Shown here: piece by piece, positions 21,435-31,470 of the stretch | Layout of the letters: every line of letters begins with the position of its first letter | How positions within the stretch are numbered: position 1 is the stretch's first letter | Assembly (NCBI GenBank): GCA_043760135.1 | Contig: JAYUPL010000007.1 | Location: 106-64,105, forward strand | Length of the DNA: 64,000 nucleotides | Source: Candidatus Parcubacteria bacterium | GTDB taxonomy: Bacteria > Patescibacteriota > Minisyncoccia > Phycocordibacterales > CAIZLB01 | Direction: 5' to 3' | Translations under genes and position numbers: made by a program | Notes under the pieces: generated by a model | The model's database searches: none | What the model was told of the DNA's origin: nothing | What the model saw: only the letters and a program-made list of their open reading frames with translations

Positions 21435-22430
21435 ATGAACATGCTTAATCCGAAAATTTTTTCACCTATTGCAGAAATAGAACAAACTCCAATCCGAAAA
21501 GGTTTCGGTGAAGGTTTGCTTTTGGCTGGTGAGAAAAATAAAAACATAGTCGGACTGTGTGCGGACCTAACCGAATCTACTCAGATGAATCTTTTCAGAG
21601 ATCGTTTCCCGGACCGTTTTATCGAGATAGGGGTAGCTGAGCAAAACCTTGCCTCTGTGGCCTCTGGTATGGCTGCTATGGGCAAGATTCCTGCCATGAC
21701 ATCATATGCCATGTTCTCACCTGGACGTAACTGGGAGCAGATTAGAACGACTATTTGTTATAACGATAGGAAAGTGATCATCGCTGGTTCGCATGCTGGT
21801 ATATCAGTTGGACCTGATGGTGGAACACATCAGGCTATTGAGGATTTGGCTTTAACTCGGATTATACCAAACATGACGGTTATCTCACCGTGCGATGTTA
21901 TTGAGGCACGTAAGGCGACTATAGCGGCATTTGAAAATACCCAAAAAACACCAGTATATATCCGCCTTGCTCGCGAAAAAACACCAATCATAACAACCGA
22001 AGAAGCGCCATTTGTGATAGGGAAGGCAAATGTGTTGTATGAGTCAAGTTTTGATGTCAATATTGACATACGATTTGACACTCTCATATGTGCAACAGGT
22101 GCATTGGTATACAATGCACTCTTAGCTGCAAAAGAATTGGAATCAAAACATGGTCAAAAAGTCGCGGTTATTAATTTTCATACAATAAAACCACTCGACA
22201 CAGAAACACTTTTTTCATATGTTGAAAAATCAGAAAAAATAGTTACAGTCGAAGAGCATCAGATTGCTGGAGGATTTGGGTCTGCAATATGTGAGGTGGT
22301 GTCAGAAAAATATGCCAAGATTATTCATCGTATCGGAGTAAAAGATCAGTTCGGACAATCAGGAACGCCGGCCGAGCTTATCAAGTTTTATAAGATGGAT
22401 GTTGCGGATATTGTTAAAGTTAGTATATAA
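21435..22430 (+). CDS. transketolase C-terminal subunit (pyrimidine-binding plus C-terminal domains)
   Basis: 'GVAEQNLASVASGMAAMGKIP', 'GSHAGISVGPDGGTHQAIEDLA'; 331 aa is the size of the C-terminal half of split transketolases; no N-terminal subunit gene is adjacent. Confidence 0.75.
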   Translation: MNMLNPKIFSPIAEIEQTPIRKGFGEGLLLAGEKNKNIVGLCADLTESTQMNLFRDRFPDRFIEIGVAEQNLASVASGMAAMGKIPAMTSYAMFSPGRNWEQIRTTICYNDRKVIIAGSHAGISVGPDGGTHQAIEDLALTRIIPNMTVISPCDVIEARKATIAAFENTQKTPVYIRLAREKTPIITTEEAPFVIGKANVLYESSFDVNIDIRFDTLICATGALVYNALLAAKELESKHGQKVAVINFHTIKPLDTETLFSYVEKSEKIVTVEEHQIAGGFGSAICEVVSEKYAKIIHRIGVKDQFGQSGTPAELIKFYKMDVADIVKVSI

Positions 22431-22767
22431 TATGTTTATGTTAACAGAAGATAGTATATCATTTGATGAAAATAAATATAAAATAAAATCAAGAGTTATA
22501 TTTGGGCAAGCTGAGGTGCCTAAGATGATAACTTTTTTAACAACTAAGGGTATAGTTAAAAATGAGAAACAGGCAAAAATGGTTTTGCTTGGTGCTACTA
22601 CATGTTTTTTCATAGCTTCTATTGTTGTGTTTATGGTGTATGTGTTGGATGTACGTATAGGTGGACAGTCAGGTGGTATTACGCCGGAGCAATTGCAGGA
22701 AAATATAGATAGATTTCAACAGATTATTAACAATGGTAAGAATGCAAATACTCAAACTAATCAATAA
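22399..22767 (+). CDS. small membrane protein, upstream partner of the pilin gene (cassette copy 2)
   Basis: Homologous to ORF 5144-5434; true start is probably an internal Met. Confidence 0.4.
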   Translation: MLRILLKLVYNMFMLTEDSISFDENKYKIKSRVIFGQAEVPKMITFLTTKGIVKNEKQAKMVLLGATTCFFIASIVVFMVYVLDVRIGGQSGGITPEQLQENIDRFQQIINNGKNANTQTNQ

Positions 22768-22770
22768 TAT

Positions 22771-23400
22771 ATGAAAAAAATATATAAAAAAGGGTTTACT
22801 CTTATAGAACTATTAGTTGTTATATCTATCATTTCACTTTTGTCTAGTGTTGTGCTTGCGTCGGTGTATACAGGTAGAGAAAAGGCTGTTTTGACTAAAA
22901 CTGTGGCTGAGATGAAGTCGCTGCAGACGGCTGTGGAGTTGTATAGAAATCAGTTTGGGGTTTATCCGGGGGTTACTAATATATTATATTCAGATGCCAG
23001 AACAAGTCCTACCCCTGCAAATTGGAGTACTTGGAACTATATGTCCCCAGCAACAGTTTCATTAAATGATTTGCAAAATACGTATTTGATTTCAAATAAT
23101 TTGCTAGCAAAACCTGTTCTTGCGCCAACATATCTCGAATCTTGTGATACTGGGTGTTATAATAAAGGTTATGAATTGTTATATGTTATACCAAATCCTA
23201 CAACATATAGTTTTGTATTCAGTTGTGGAGGTGTTCCTGTGAATAACTATATAATATTTTTATTAGCCAATACTAAAAAATTAAACTTACCTCTAGCTTC
23301 TGTTTCACCTTTTCCTGGTGCCACTTGGAATGCTGGTTCAGTAAGTGCAGGTACAGGTGGTCCAAATACCCCCCCCTACACCTACTGCCTATCCATGTAA
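22771..23400 (+). CDS. type IV pilin-like protein (class III N-terminal signal)
   Basis: 'MKKIYKKGFTLIELLVVISIISLL'. Confidence 0.65.
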   Translation: MKKIYKKGFTLIELLVVISIISLLSSVVLASVYTGREKAVLTKTVAEMKSLQTAVELYRNQFGVYPGVTNILYSDARTSPTPANWSTWNYMSPATVSLNDLQNTYLISNNLLAKPVLAPTYLESCDTGCYNKGYELLYVIPNPTTYSFVFSCGGVPVNNYIIFLLANTKKLNLPLASVSPFPGATWNAGSVSAGTGGPNTPPYTYCLSM

Positions 23401-23459
23401 TCACTCCAACAAAAAATCCTCTTCATCGAGGATTTTTTCATTTTTCATTTTCTATTTTT

Positions 23460-24497
23460 TTAACCTATAGTCTCAACCTCCCATCCAACAGGTTTAGTTT
23501 TAAGATAATTCTCAAGCTTTTCTCTACTTAACAATCCCTCCTGCGCTCCAACGTATTGACATACTGACATCGAGTTTATCGACCCCCACATCAATGCTGT
23601 TCTATTGTCTAACCCAAGATATTTTGCAGCAGAAAACGTGGAAGCAAAAGCATCTCCTGCGCCAGTCCTATCAACAGGAGTTGCTATATCAGGATATATA
23701 TCTATATGTATAATCCTATCACCTTCATCATATGTATATGATCCATGAGGACCATCTGTGATAACTGGCAAACGTACTCCCAATTTTTTCAGACCATCAA
23801 GCAGATATTGTATGTCCATGTGTCCTTCTCCAGCATTTAGTATTTTTATTGCTTCCTCTTTATTACAGAAAAATATCTCTGTTCTTTTGTACAAATCAGC
23901 AAGAGCGATAGCACCGAACTTTATTTGAAAAGTTCCTGGTTGAAATACAAGTTTTATATCAGGATTTCGCTTTAAGTATAAACTAAGCTGATGATGAAAT
24001 TCTAAAGTGTTCTCACCAAGAGAAGAAAGATAGATATATGCAGGTTTTATCTTTCCTGATATTAATTGCTCTGGTATTTTATAGTCATATTTTTCATGAT
24101 TTATAAGAATAGTTCTTTCATCACCATGCCAAAGCACATAATGATAATTTGTTTTTTTACCAGCATCTGTTGACACTAGGGAAGTGTTCACATCGTCTAC
24201 TCTCAAAACTTCTTTGTTCTTATGTCCATAATAATCATCGCCTGTATGGGTCAAAAGTCCAGAGTTTATATGTAGTCTTGAAACTGCCACAGATGCATTG
24301 GCTGAGTTTCCAACACCTAGAAGCTCAGTTACTGACTCAAAAGGAACTTTTTCCCCGAAAGGTACACATATCTTCTTACTGTTACCGGTTTCTATCACTT
24401 CTCCGACATCGAGTCGTATAAACGCATCAACGACGATATCGCCTATAGACAGGAAGTCAATTTTGTTATTTTTTTGGAAAATGTCTCGTATATTCAT
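23460..24497 (-). CDS. PfkB-family carbohydrate/nucleoside kinase
   Basis: C-terminal 'DRTGAGDAFASTF' PfkB signature; ribokinase-like fold motifs. Confidence 0.7.
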   Translation of the reverse strand: MNIRDIFQKNNKIDFLSIGDIVVDAFIRLDVGEVIETGNSKKICVPFGEKVPFESVTELLGVGNSANASVAVSRLHINSGLLTHTGDDYYGHKNKEVLRVDDVNTSLVSTDAGKKTNYHYVLWHGDERTILINHEKYDYKIPEQLISGKIKPAYIYLSSLGENTLEFHHQLSLYLKRNPDIKLVFQPGTFQIKFGAIALADLYKRTEIFFCNKEEAIKILNAGEGHMDIQYLLDGLKKLGVRLPVITDGPHGSYTYDEGDRIIHIDIYPDIATPVDRTGAGDAFASTFSAAKYLGLDNRTALMWGSINSMSVCQYVGAQEGLLSREKLENYLKTKPVGWEVETIG

Positions 24498-24559
24498 GTA
24501 TATGATAATACCATAGATGTATTGATAAGTGCCAAAAATAGTGTATACTACAAAACACT

Positions 24560-25195
24560 ATGACTTATACACTTAACGTTCAAGAAATCGATAAAAATAA
24601 TACTACTGCTATAGATATGGCAAACAGTATAAAGGCTGTAGTTTATGGTCCTGCATATCCATCTACACCTATTGTTATCAATCAAAAAGATTTTACAAAG
24701 CTATATAAACAAGCTGGAGAATCATCTATTGTAACTCTTACAGGTCTTAAAGCCAATCAAGATGTTTTGATACATGATATTCAGATAAATGTAAGAAACG
24801 GTGAAATCATCCATGCTGATTTCTATGCTGTTAAAAAAGGTCAAAAGATCACAGTTAATGTACCACTGGTATTTGTTGGTGTGGCCGATGCTGTAAAAAC
24901 TCATGGAGCTGATCTTATTAAAAATATGTTCGAAGTTGAGATCGAGGCTGAGGCAAAAGATCTTCCACATGAGATAGAGATAGATATAACAGTTCTTAAA
25001 GAAGTCGATGATCATATCAGTATATCTGATATCAAAGCTCCATCAGGGGTTAAGATCTTGAACAATGAAGATGATGTTATTATCACAGCATCAAAGCATG
25101 AAGAGGAAAAAGAAGAAGAATCAACAGAGATAGATATGTCAGCGATCGGAGTATCTGATGCAAAAGGTAAGAAAGAAGAAGAGGATCCTCAATAA
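24560..25195 (+). CDS. rplY: 50S ribosomal protein L25 / general stress protein Ctc, acidic C-terminal tail
   Basis: L25-like N-terminal beta-barrel pattern 'IKAVVYGP...IHDIQINVRNGEIIHADFYAV'; E/K-rich tail. Confidence 0.55.
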   Translation: MTYTLNVQEIDKNNTTAIDMANSIKAVVYGPAYPSTPIVINQKDFTKLYKQAGESSIVTLTGLKANQDVLIHDIQINVRNGEIIHADFYAVKKGQKITVNVPLVFVGVADAVKTHGADLIKNMFEVEIEAEAKDLPHEIEIDITVLKEVDDHISISDIKAPSGVKILNNEDDVIITASKHEEEKEEESTEIDMSAIGVSDAKGKKEEEDPQ

Positions 25196-25314
25196 AAAAG
25201 AAAGTTCTAAGAAAAAACAAGGTAAACAAAAAAGTTTCCTTGTTTTTTTATTCTCACTTTAGTAGCTCGTCTAGCGATTTTTTTATGAAGGTTTCCATGA
25301 TATAATATAGTGAT

Positions 25315-26670
25315 ATGAATTTTAGACTTAGACACAGACTTGCGATTTTTAGTATTGCTACAATTTTAATAACTTACCTGTCAATGTCTGTTGTTTTTGC
25401 AGCAGAACTTGATTGTAATCTCCCTGAAAATAGAGAGACTTGTTTGGCTGAGTTAGCTAAAACCGAAAATGAGATATCTGACTTAAATAAACAGCTTTCC
25501 GGACTTAAAAATGAAGGAGCCTCTATCGCTCGTGACAAAAAGATCCTTGAAAACCAAGCTAAACAGGCCAAACTGAAGATAAAAACTCATGAACTTTCTA
25601 TAGCTAAACTCGGGAAAGATATTAAAACAAAAGAATCTACAATCACTGGCTTACAAGAGAGAATTAATAAAAACAAAATTGGTTTAAATGAGGTTATTCA
25701 AAATGCCTACGAAGTTGATAATATATCAGCAGTTGAAATATTTTTATCAAATCAAAATATATCTGATTTTTTTCGTGATCTTGATGCCTATGTTTTTATA
25801 AACACTAAGATTAGAGAATCTATAGGAATTATTAGTAAAGACAAGTCAGAAGAAGAGGTTGAAAAAAAACAACTCGACGTAACACGATCTAAAGAATACG
25901 ATTCTAAGTATGCTGTTGAGGCTGAAAAAATGAAGATTGAGAAAATAGATGCTGAAAAAGCCCGTCTTTTGAGTTTGAACAAGAAAGAGCAAACTTCTTA
26001 CGGTACCATCATCGTTGATAAACAAAAGAAAGCTACTCAGATTCGAAATGCACTTTTCGCACTACGTGACTCTGCTTCAATCAAGTTCGAAGATGCGGTA
26101 GCTTTTGCAAAATCAGCAAGTAAAAACACAGGAGTGAGAGCATCATTTATTTTGGCGATACTGCAACAAGAATCTAACTTAGGGAAAAACGTTGGCTCAT
26201 GTTATATGACAAATGTCGATACCGGAGCTGGGGTTAAAATATCATCTGGAAATGCAGTAAATAATGTTATGAAGCCATCACGTGATGTTCAACCGTTTTT
26301 GAATATTACAAAATCTTTGGGTAAAGATTGGGCGACTACTCGAGTGTCATGTCCGTTTACAACAGGGTATGGAGGAGCCATGGGTCCTGCTCAGTTTATA
26401 CCATCTACTTGGCAGTTGTTTGCAGCTCGTATTTCTAAGACTAAAGGAGGTGCTGTTGCCAACCCTTGGGCTGCTGCTGATGCTTTTATGGCCTCGTCTA
26501 TGTACTTATCTGATCTCGGTGCATCCTCTGGATCAGCTTCAGCTGAGCGAAATGCAGCTTGTCGTTACTATTCAGGACGTGCTTGTGGATCTGCTGACAA
26601 CACTTTCTACGGGGATCAGGTTATGAAGAGGGCTGTAAAATTGCAGGCAGATATTGATTTAATCCAGTAA
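25315..26670 (+). CDS. secreted coiled-coil protein with C-terminal lytic-transglycosylase (SLT)-like domain
   Basis: Signal/TM N-terminus, ~250 aa coiled coil, then 'ILQQESNLG' (catalytic ES) and 'GAMGPAQFIPSTW' (GLMQ-like) motifs. Confidence 0.4.
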   Translation: MNFRLRHRLAIFSIATILITYLSMSVVFAAELDCNLPENRETCLAELAKTENEISDLNKQLSGLKNEGASIARDKKILENQAKQAKLKIKTHELSIAKLGKDIKTKESTITGLQERINKNKIGLNEVIQNAYEVDNISAVEIFLSNQNISDFFRDLDAYVFINTKIRESIGIISKDKSEEEVEKKQLDVTRSKEYDSKYAVEAEKMKIEKIDAEKARLLSLNKKEQTSYGTIIVDKQKKATQIRNALFALRDSASIKFEDAVAFAKSASKNTGVRASFILAILQQESNLGKNVGSCYMTNVDTGAGVKISSGNAVNNVMKPSRDVQPFLNITKSLGKDWATTRVSCPFTTGYGGAMGPAQFIPSTWQLFAARISKTKGGAVANPWAAADAFMASSMYLSDLGASSGSASAERNAACRYYSGRACGSADNTFYGDQVMKRAVKLQADIDLIQ

Positions 26671-26691
26671 TAGTGTATAATCGTTACTATT

Positions 26692-26916
26692 ATGAAGAAA
26701 AATATACATCCATCATATTTTGGAGATGCTGAGTTTGTTTGTGCTTGTGGAGCAAAATACACTATGGGATCAACAAAAGAGAAAAATACAACTGAAATGT
26801 GTTCAGCATGTCATCCGTATTACACTGGTAATGAAAGAACAGTTGACACTGCTGGTCGTGTTGAGAAGTTCAAAGCTCGCCAATCAGCTGCTGTTAAAAA
26901 AGTTTCTAATAAATAA
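26692..26916 (+). CDS. rpmE: 50S ribosomal protein L31
   Basis: 'MKKNIHPSY...CACG...CSACHPYYTG' zinc-ribbon L31 pattern. Confidence 0.8.
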   Translation: MKKNIHPSYFGDAEFVCACGAKYTMGSTKEKNTTEMCSACHPYYTGNERTVDTAGRVEKFKARQSAAVKKVSNK

Positions 26917-27056
26917 CTTTAGAGTAAAAAAGTCTGTTATACTACACGTATAGGGCTTTTTTTATTGCGACGTAGAGTGAGAGAACTAAACCTGATAACA
27001 GGTTTAGTTCCGAACCGAGGAGTCAATTACCTATTTTATATAAATAATACAAATAT

Positions 27057-28049
27057 ATGGAAGATTTAAATTTAGAAGAATTAAGAAAAGATTTCAAAAC
27101 TAGTTTTTTTGCTGGTGAGATTGATCGTTTGAATAAAGAAAAAGATTCTTTGACTGAGATGATGGTTGATCCTGAAATGAAGGAAATGGCAGAAGCAGAT
27201 ATGGTTGCTATTGATGAGCAAATACAATTCATGGTTGATAAGATAAAAGATATTATCAAAGAAGAAGAGGTTGCTGATCTATATCCAAACGAACTTGTGC
27301 TTGAAATCAGAGCTGGTGCCGGAGGAGATGAGGCTGCACTTTTTGCTGCCAATCTTTCTAATATGTATAAAGTTTTTTGTGCAGAAAGAGGTTTTAGAGT
27401 TGATACACTTGATGTTTCAGAAAACGGTATTGGAGGATATAAAGAAGCGGTATATGAGATCCGTGGCTTTGAAGTGTATCGATATTTTAAATATGAGATC
27501 GGAACTCATCGTATTCAGCGTATTCCAGAAACTGAAAAATCAGGTAGAGTGCACACCTCAACCGCGACAGTTGCAGTATTACCGATACGAAAGAAAGTTA
27601 AATTTCAAATAGATCCAGCTGATCTAGAAATGGAATTCTCAAGAGCTGGAGGTAAGGGGGGGCAAAACGTAAACAAGGTGGAAACAGCAGTGCGTTTGAT
27701 TCATATACCAACAGGACTGGATGTTCGTTGTACTTCTGAGCGAAGTCAGTTAAAAAACCGCGAGAAAGCGTTGTCTGTACTACAGGCCAAAGTAGGTGAA
27801 TTGTATGAAAGAGAGGCATCTAAAAAATTCTCAGGAGAAAAGAAATTGCAGTTAGGAACGGGAGATAGATCTGAGAAAATACGAACATACAATGTTTTAC
27901 AAGATCGTATCACTGATCATAGACTGAAGGAATCATGGCATGGTATATCGTTGATGTTAGGGCAAGGTCAAATAGGTAAAATGATTGATATGATTGTAGG
28001 GTATTTTGAAAATGGCGGTGAGGTGAGTCTGGAGGATGATGGGGAATAG
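27057..28049 (+). CDS. prfA: peptide chain release factor 1
   Basis: 'GGQNVNKVETAVRL' GGQ motif; RF1-specific 'PET' (PxT) tripeptide in 'RIQRIPETEKSGRVHTSTATVAVLP'. Confidence 0.85.
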   Translation: MEDLNLEELRKDFKTSFFAGEIDRLNKEKDSLTEMMVDPEMKEMAEADMVAIDEQIQFMVDKIKDIIKEEEVADLYPNELVLEIRAGAGGDEAALFAANLSNMYKVFCAERGFRVDTLDVSENGIGGYKEAVYEIRGFEVYRYFKYEIGTHRIQRIPETEKSGRVHTSTATVAVLPIRKKVKFQIDPADLEMEFSRAGGKGGQNVNKVETAVRLIHIPTGLDVRCTSERSQLKNREKALSVLQAKVGELYEREASKKFSGEKKLQLGTGDRSEKIRTYNVLQDRITDHRLKESWHGISLMLGQGQIGKMIDMIVGYFENGGEVSLEDDGE

Positions 28050-28150
28050 TTTGTATTCATTTATTACAAAACTTATACATAAAAGTATAGGTTTGTTGTT
28101 GTATTTATTTGATTTTTAATGGTAAAATAAAATGAGAATTAATTACAAAA

Positions 28151-30676
28151 ATGAAAATATTTAATAATCTTAAGTGTATAGTGTTGGTATTTTTGATTAT
28201 GTTTTCTCATGTAGTTTTCGCCGCCAACCCACCTTATCCTTTTCTACCATCAGACAATGTACAAGATCCAAACTGTACACCGCTGGACTCTAACTGTTAT
28301 GTTCTTTTAACATCTTTTCAGAATGAAACAGTGACAGGACTCGACTATGCAACTTCGACTGGAATACTTTCTTTAACTTCAGGCTACAATATACCACTTA
28401 CTGCGTCGACTACTGCGTGGAATAGTGCTATCGGAGCACTAGGAGGAAGTGCACTTTTGCAAAATGGTAATTCATTTGGTACAACGCTCACACTTGGAAC
28501 AAATGACAATCAAGCTTTGAGTTTTGAGACAAATGGTATTAACAGACTCACTATCGACACATCAGGAAATATCACTGCTACAGGAACCATCACAGCGAGT
28601 TCATTTTTTGGTAATGGCTCAAACTTGACTGGTATATTTTCAACATCAACGACAAGAGGTGTTTTCTCGGCGTCTGGTCCTATTTCGTATTCAACTTCGA
28701 CTGGAAATTTTTTAATAACTCAAGCTTCGTCAACTTCAAGTGGATATCTTTCTTCAGCTGACTTTACAACTTTCCAAGCCAAAGAAGACGTCATCACTGC
28801 GTCCACCACGGCAACATACTTCCGAGGTGACAAAACCTTCAGTACTCTCGACACCTCGGCTGTTCCTGAGAATGGAAATCTCTACTTCACAAATGCTCGT
28901 GTGAATTCAATCTTGTCAGCAACAACTTCACTTCCAAACATCACCACACTCTCAGGACTCATTTCTGCAACAAACCTAGGTTCATTGGGTACGACTACAA
29001 TCGGAGTGTGGAATGCCACTCCGATTGGAGACTCATACATCACAAAGACTGGAAACTGGACAGGAATATTCGATGGACAAGAAGGAACATATTATTTGGA
29101 CAGAGCAAATCACACAGGCACACAGTTGGCTTCAACTATTTTGGATTTCGGAACTACTACAAGAAACTTACTTTCATCCACTGCAACAGGACTAACATAT
29201 TCGACCTCAACTGGAATATTTTCTTTAACTTCAGGTTACAATATACCTTTGACCGCCTCAACTACTGCATGGAATGCAAAAGTCTCAAGTCAATGGGTGA
29301 CGAGTGGTGTAAATATATATTATACAGGTGTGGCTGTTGGTATTGGGACAACAACACCAAGCAATAAATTTGTTGTAGTAGGAACGTCAACAGTTATTGG
29401 AAATTTTAACCTCAATGGTTATGTGTTGCAGGGTTCGTCAAATGGTTCACTGTTTGGGAATACAGTTAGTAATGGTATTTATGATTCCAACTTCCTTGGT
29501 GCCTATGCGGGAAATGGTGCTACAAGTACCAGTTACTCCAACTTCCTTGGTGCCTCTGCGGGACATAGTGCTACAAATGCCAGCTACTCCAACTTCCTTG
29601 GTTACTATGCGGGATATAGTGCTACAAATGCCAACCAATCCAACTTTCTTGGTTACGGTACGGGATATAGTGCTACAAATGCCAACAACTCCAACTTCCT
29701 TGGTTACTATGCGGGATATAGTGCTACAAATGCAGCTTCCTCCATATTCTTTGGGAAGAATTCTGGTTATTCTGACACTGTGAATAACACTTCTGGAAAC
29801 AAATACTCAATACTTATAGGAAACTACACCTCAACTGGTGGTTTTTCCAACTCGATATCAATAGGACAAGGTGTGGCCAACTCAGAAATTGATCAACTAA
29901 ACATTGGTCGTATTATCTATGCTACCAAAATAGGCTCATCAACCTCATCTATCTCTTCACCTTATGCCTCAGCTTCTGTCGGTATAGGAACATCTACTCC
30001 AGCCGATAAGCTTCAAGTCTATGGTGACATACGTGTAGGAACCACAGGAACAAACGGTTGTATCAAAGATTTTGGAGGAACAGGTATCACAGGAGTATGT
30101 TCATCAGATGAAAGATTGAAAACAAATGTTGTAGATTTATCAGATAATTATCTTGATAAAATGGCTAAACTTAGAGTAATATCATATAACTGGAATGATA
30201 CTGCTAAAGATTTAAACAAAGTCAATACGACTGCTACAAACTACGGACTATTGGCGCAAAATGTAGAAGAAAATTTTCCAGAATTAGTCACAATAGATTC
30301 CAATGGATATAAGCAAGTTAATTATTCACGATTACCATTATATTTAATAAAATCAATACAAGAATTGTCAAAAAAGTTTTTGTCATTTGCTGATTCTGTT
30401 ACAACTAAAGAATTAAAAACCAATAAGCTATGTGTTGATGATATTTGTGTTACAAAAGATCAGTTTAAGATGATGTTACAAAACAGTAATGTATCTCCAG
30501 TTATATATCAACAATCAGTCTCAATTCCTGCCCCAGTCCAAAATCCAGAACCTGTTGTTGAGCAAGCAATAACAACTGAAGTTGTGGCCGAAATTGCTGT
30601 ACCGATACCTGTGGTTGAGACTGCTCCTGAACCTATTGTTGTACCAGTTGTGACAGAAAATCAGTTAGTACAATAG
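28151..30676 (+). CDS. phage-tail-fibre-like secreted surface protein with C-terminal intramolecular-chaperone (peptidase S74) domain
   Basis: Signal peptide, S/T/G/N-rich repeats, five tandem 'SNFLGYYAGYSATNAN' repeats; C-terminal 'SDERLKTNVVDLSDNYLDKMAKLRVISYNWND...YGLLAQNVEENFPELVTIDSNGYKQVNYSRLPLYLIKSIQEL' matches S74 autochaperone domains; Pro-rich tail. Confidence 0.6.
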   Translation: MKIFNNLKCIVLVFLIMFSHVVFAANPPYPFLPSDNVQDPNCTPLDSNCYVLLTSFQNETVTGLDYATSTGILSLTSGYNIPLTASTTAWNSAIGALGGSALLQNGNSFGTTLTLGTNDNQALSFETNGINRLTIDTSGNITATGTITASSFFGNGSNLTGIFSTSTTRGVFSASGPISYSTSTGNFLITQASSTSSGYLSSADFTTFQAKEDVITASTTATYFRGDKTFSTLDTSAVPENGNLYFTNARVNSILSATTSLPNITTLSGLISATNLGSLGTTTIGVWNATPIGDSYITKTGNWTGIFDGQEGTYYLDRANHTGTQLASTILDFGTTTRNLLSSTATGLTYSTSTGIFSLTSGYNIPLTASTTAWNAKVSSQWVTSGVNIYYTGVAVGIGTTTPSNKFVVVGTSTVIGNFNLNGYVLQGSSNGSLFGNTVSNGIYDSNFLGAYAGNGATSTSYSNFLGASAGHSATNASYSNFLGYYAGYSATNANQSNFLGYGTGYSATNANNSNFLGYYAGYSATNAASSIFFGKNSGYSDTVNNTSGNKYSILIGNYTSTGGFSNSISIGQGVANSEIDQLNIGRIIYATKIGSSTSSISSPYASASVGIGTSTPADKLQVYGDIRVGTTGTNGCIKDFGGTGITGVCSSDERLKTNVVDLSDNYLDKMAKLRVISYNWNDTAKDLNKVNTTATNYGLLAQNVEENFPELVTIDSNGYKQVNYSRLPLYLIKSIQELSKKFLSFADSVTTKELKTNKLCVDDICVTKDQFKMMLQNSNVSPVIYQQSVSIPAPVQNPEPVVEQAITTEVVAEIAVPIPVVETAPEPIVVPVVTENQLVQ
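29485..29760 (+). repeat. five tandem 51-bp in-frame coding repeats (17-aa units)
   Basis: 'TCCAACTTCCTTGGTTACTATGCGGGATATAGTGCTACAAATGCCAAC...' repeated with minor variation. Confidence 0.75.
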
Positions 30677-30742
30677 TTCACTGCGTGATAGAAGTTTTTT
30701 CTATTGCCATTTTACCTGAAAAATGATATACATATACACTAT

Positions 30743-31408
30743 ATGACATCACAAAACGACACGATAAAAGACATGTTTGAAGCAGGGGTTCACTATGGAA
30801 CTCTGCGCGCATCTCGAAATCCATCTGTTAAAAAATACGTTTATGGAACAAAAGGAACCGTTGATATTATTAATGTTGAAATTACAGCTGATCAAATCGA
30901 AAAAGCTCGCATCTTCATTGCTGATCTTAAGGCAAACGGTAAAGTTATTCTTTTTGCCACAAGTAAAAGTGAAGTAGTTGATCTTGTAAAAGATTCTGCT
31001 ATCAGATTCAACTCACCATTCATCGCAGGACGATGGGTTGGAGGACTATTCACAAACTTTGAAATCATCAGAAAAAGAATCAATCGTATGATTGATCTTG
31101 TTTCAATGAAAGAAAAAGGTGAATTAAAAAAATATACTAAAAAAGAGCAATCATTGATGGATAAAGAAGTTGAAAGACTTGAAAAACTATTCTCAGGTGT
31201 AAAAGAGTTAACTTCACTACCAGCAGCATTACTTGTTGTTGATCCTAAGAAAGAATTTATCGCCGTAGAAGAAGCTCGTATGCTTGGTATACCTGTTATT
31301 GCTATTGCCAACACAGATTGTAAAGTTTCAACTATCGATTTCCCAATCGTTGCAAATGACTCATCAAGATCTTCAGTTGATTACATCTTGCATCAATTGT
31401 TAGGCTAA
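30743..31408 (+). CDS. rpsB: 30S ribosomal protein S2
   Basis: 'MFEAGVHYGTLRASRNPSV', 'GRWVGGLFTNFEII'; start taken at the internal Met; tsf follows. Confidence 0.85.
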   Translation: MTSQNDTIKDMFEAGVHYGTLRASRNPSVKKYVYGTKGTVDIINVEITADQIEKARIFIADLKANGKVILFATSKSEVVDLVKDSAIRFNSPFIAGRWVGGLFTNFEIIRKRINRMIDLVSMKEKGELKKYTKKEQSLMDKEVERLEKLFSGVKELTSLPAALLVVDPKKEFIAVEEARMLGIPVIAIANTDCKVSTIDFPIVANDSSRSSVDYILHQLLG

Positions 31409-31470
31409 TTCGGTTTTTCGGATTATAATAGTTAGATATTTATATAAAATAATTTCAAAATAAAAACACT

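Noticed and set aside
29485-29760. Possible CRISPR array (regular direct repeats)
   Set aside because: Repeats are contiguous with no spacers, in frame within a long ORF, and encode a coherent 17-aa repeat; they are coding tandem repeats, not CRISPR. No CRISPR array or cas genes seen elsewhere in the window.
29397-29783. 128-aa plus-strand ORF and 63-aa minus-strand ORF with repetitive 'TPTSLV' peptides
   Set aside because: Alternative-frame readings of the 51-bp tandem repeats inside the fibre-protein gene; artefacts of the repeats.
28151-30676. Prophage
   Set aside because: Only a single tail-fibre-like gene; flanked by prfA and rpsB with no capsid, portal, terminase or integrase genes.
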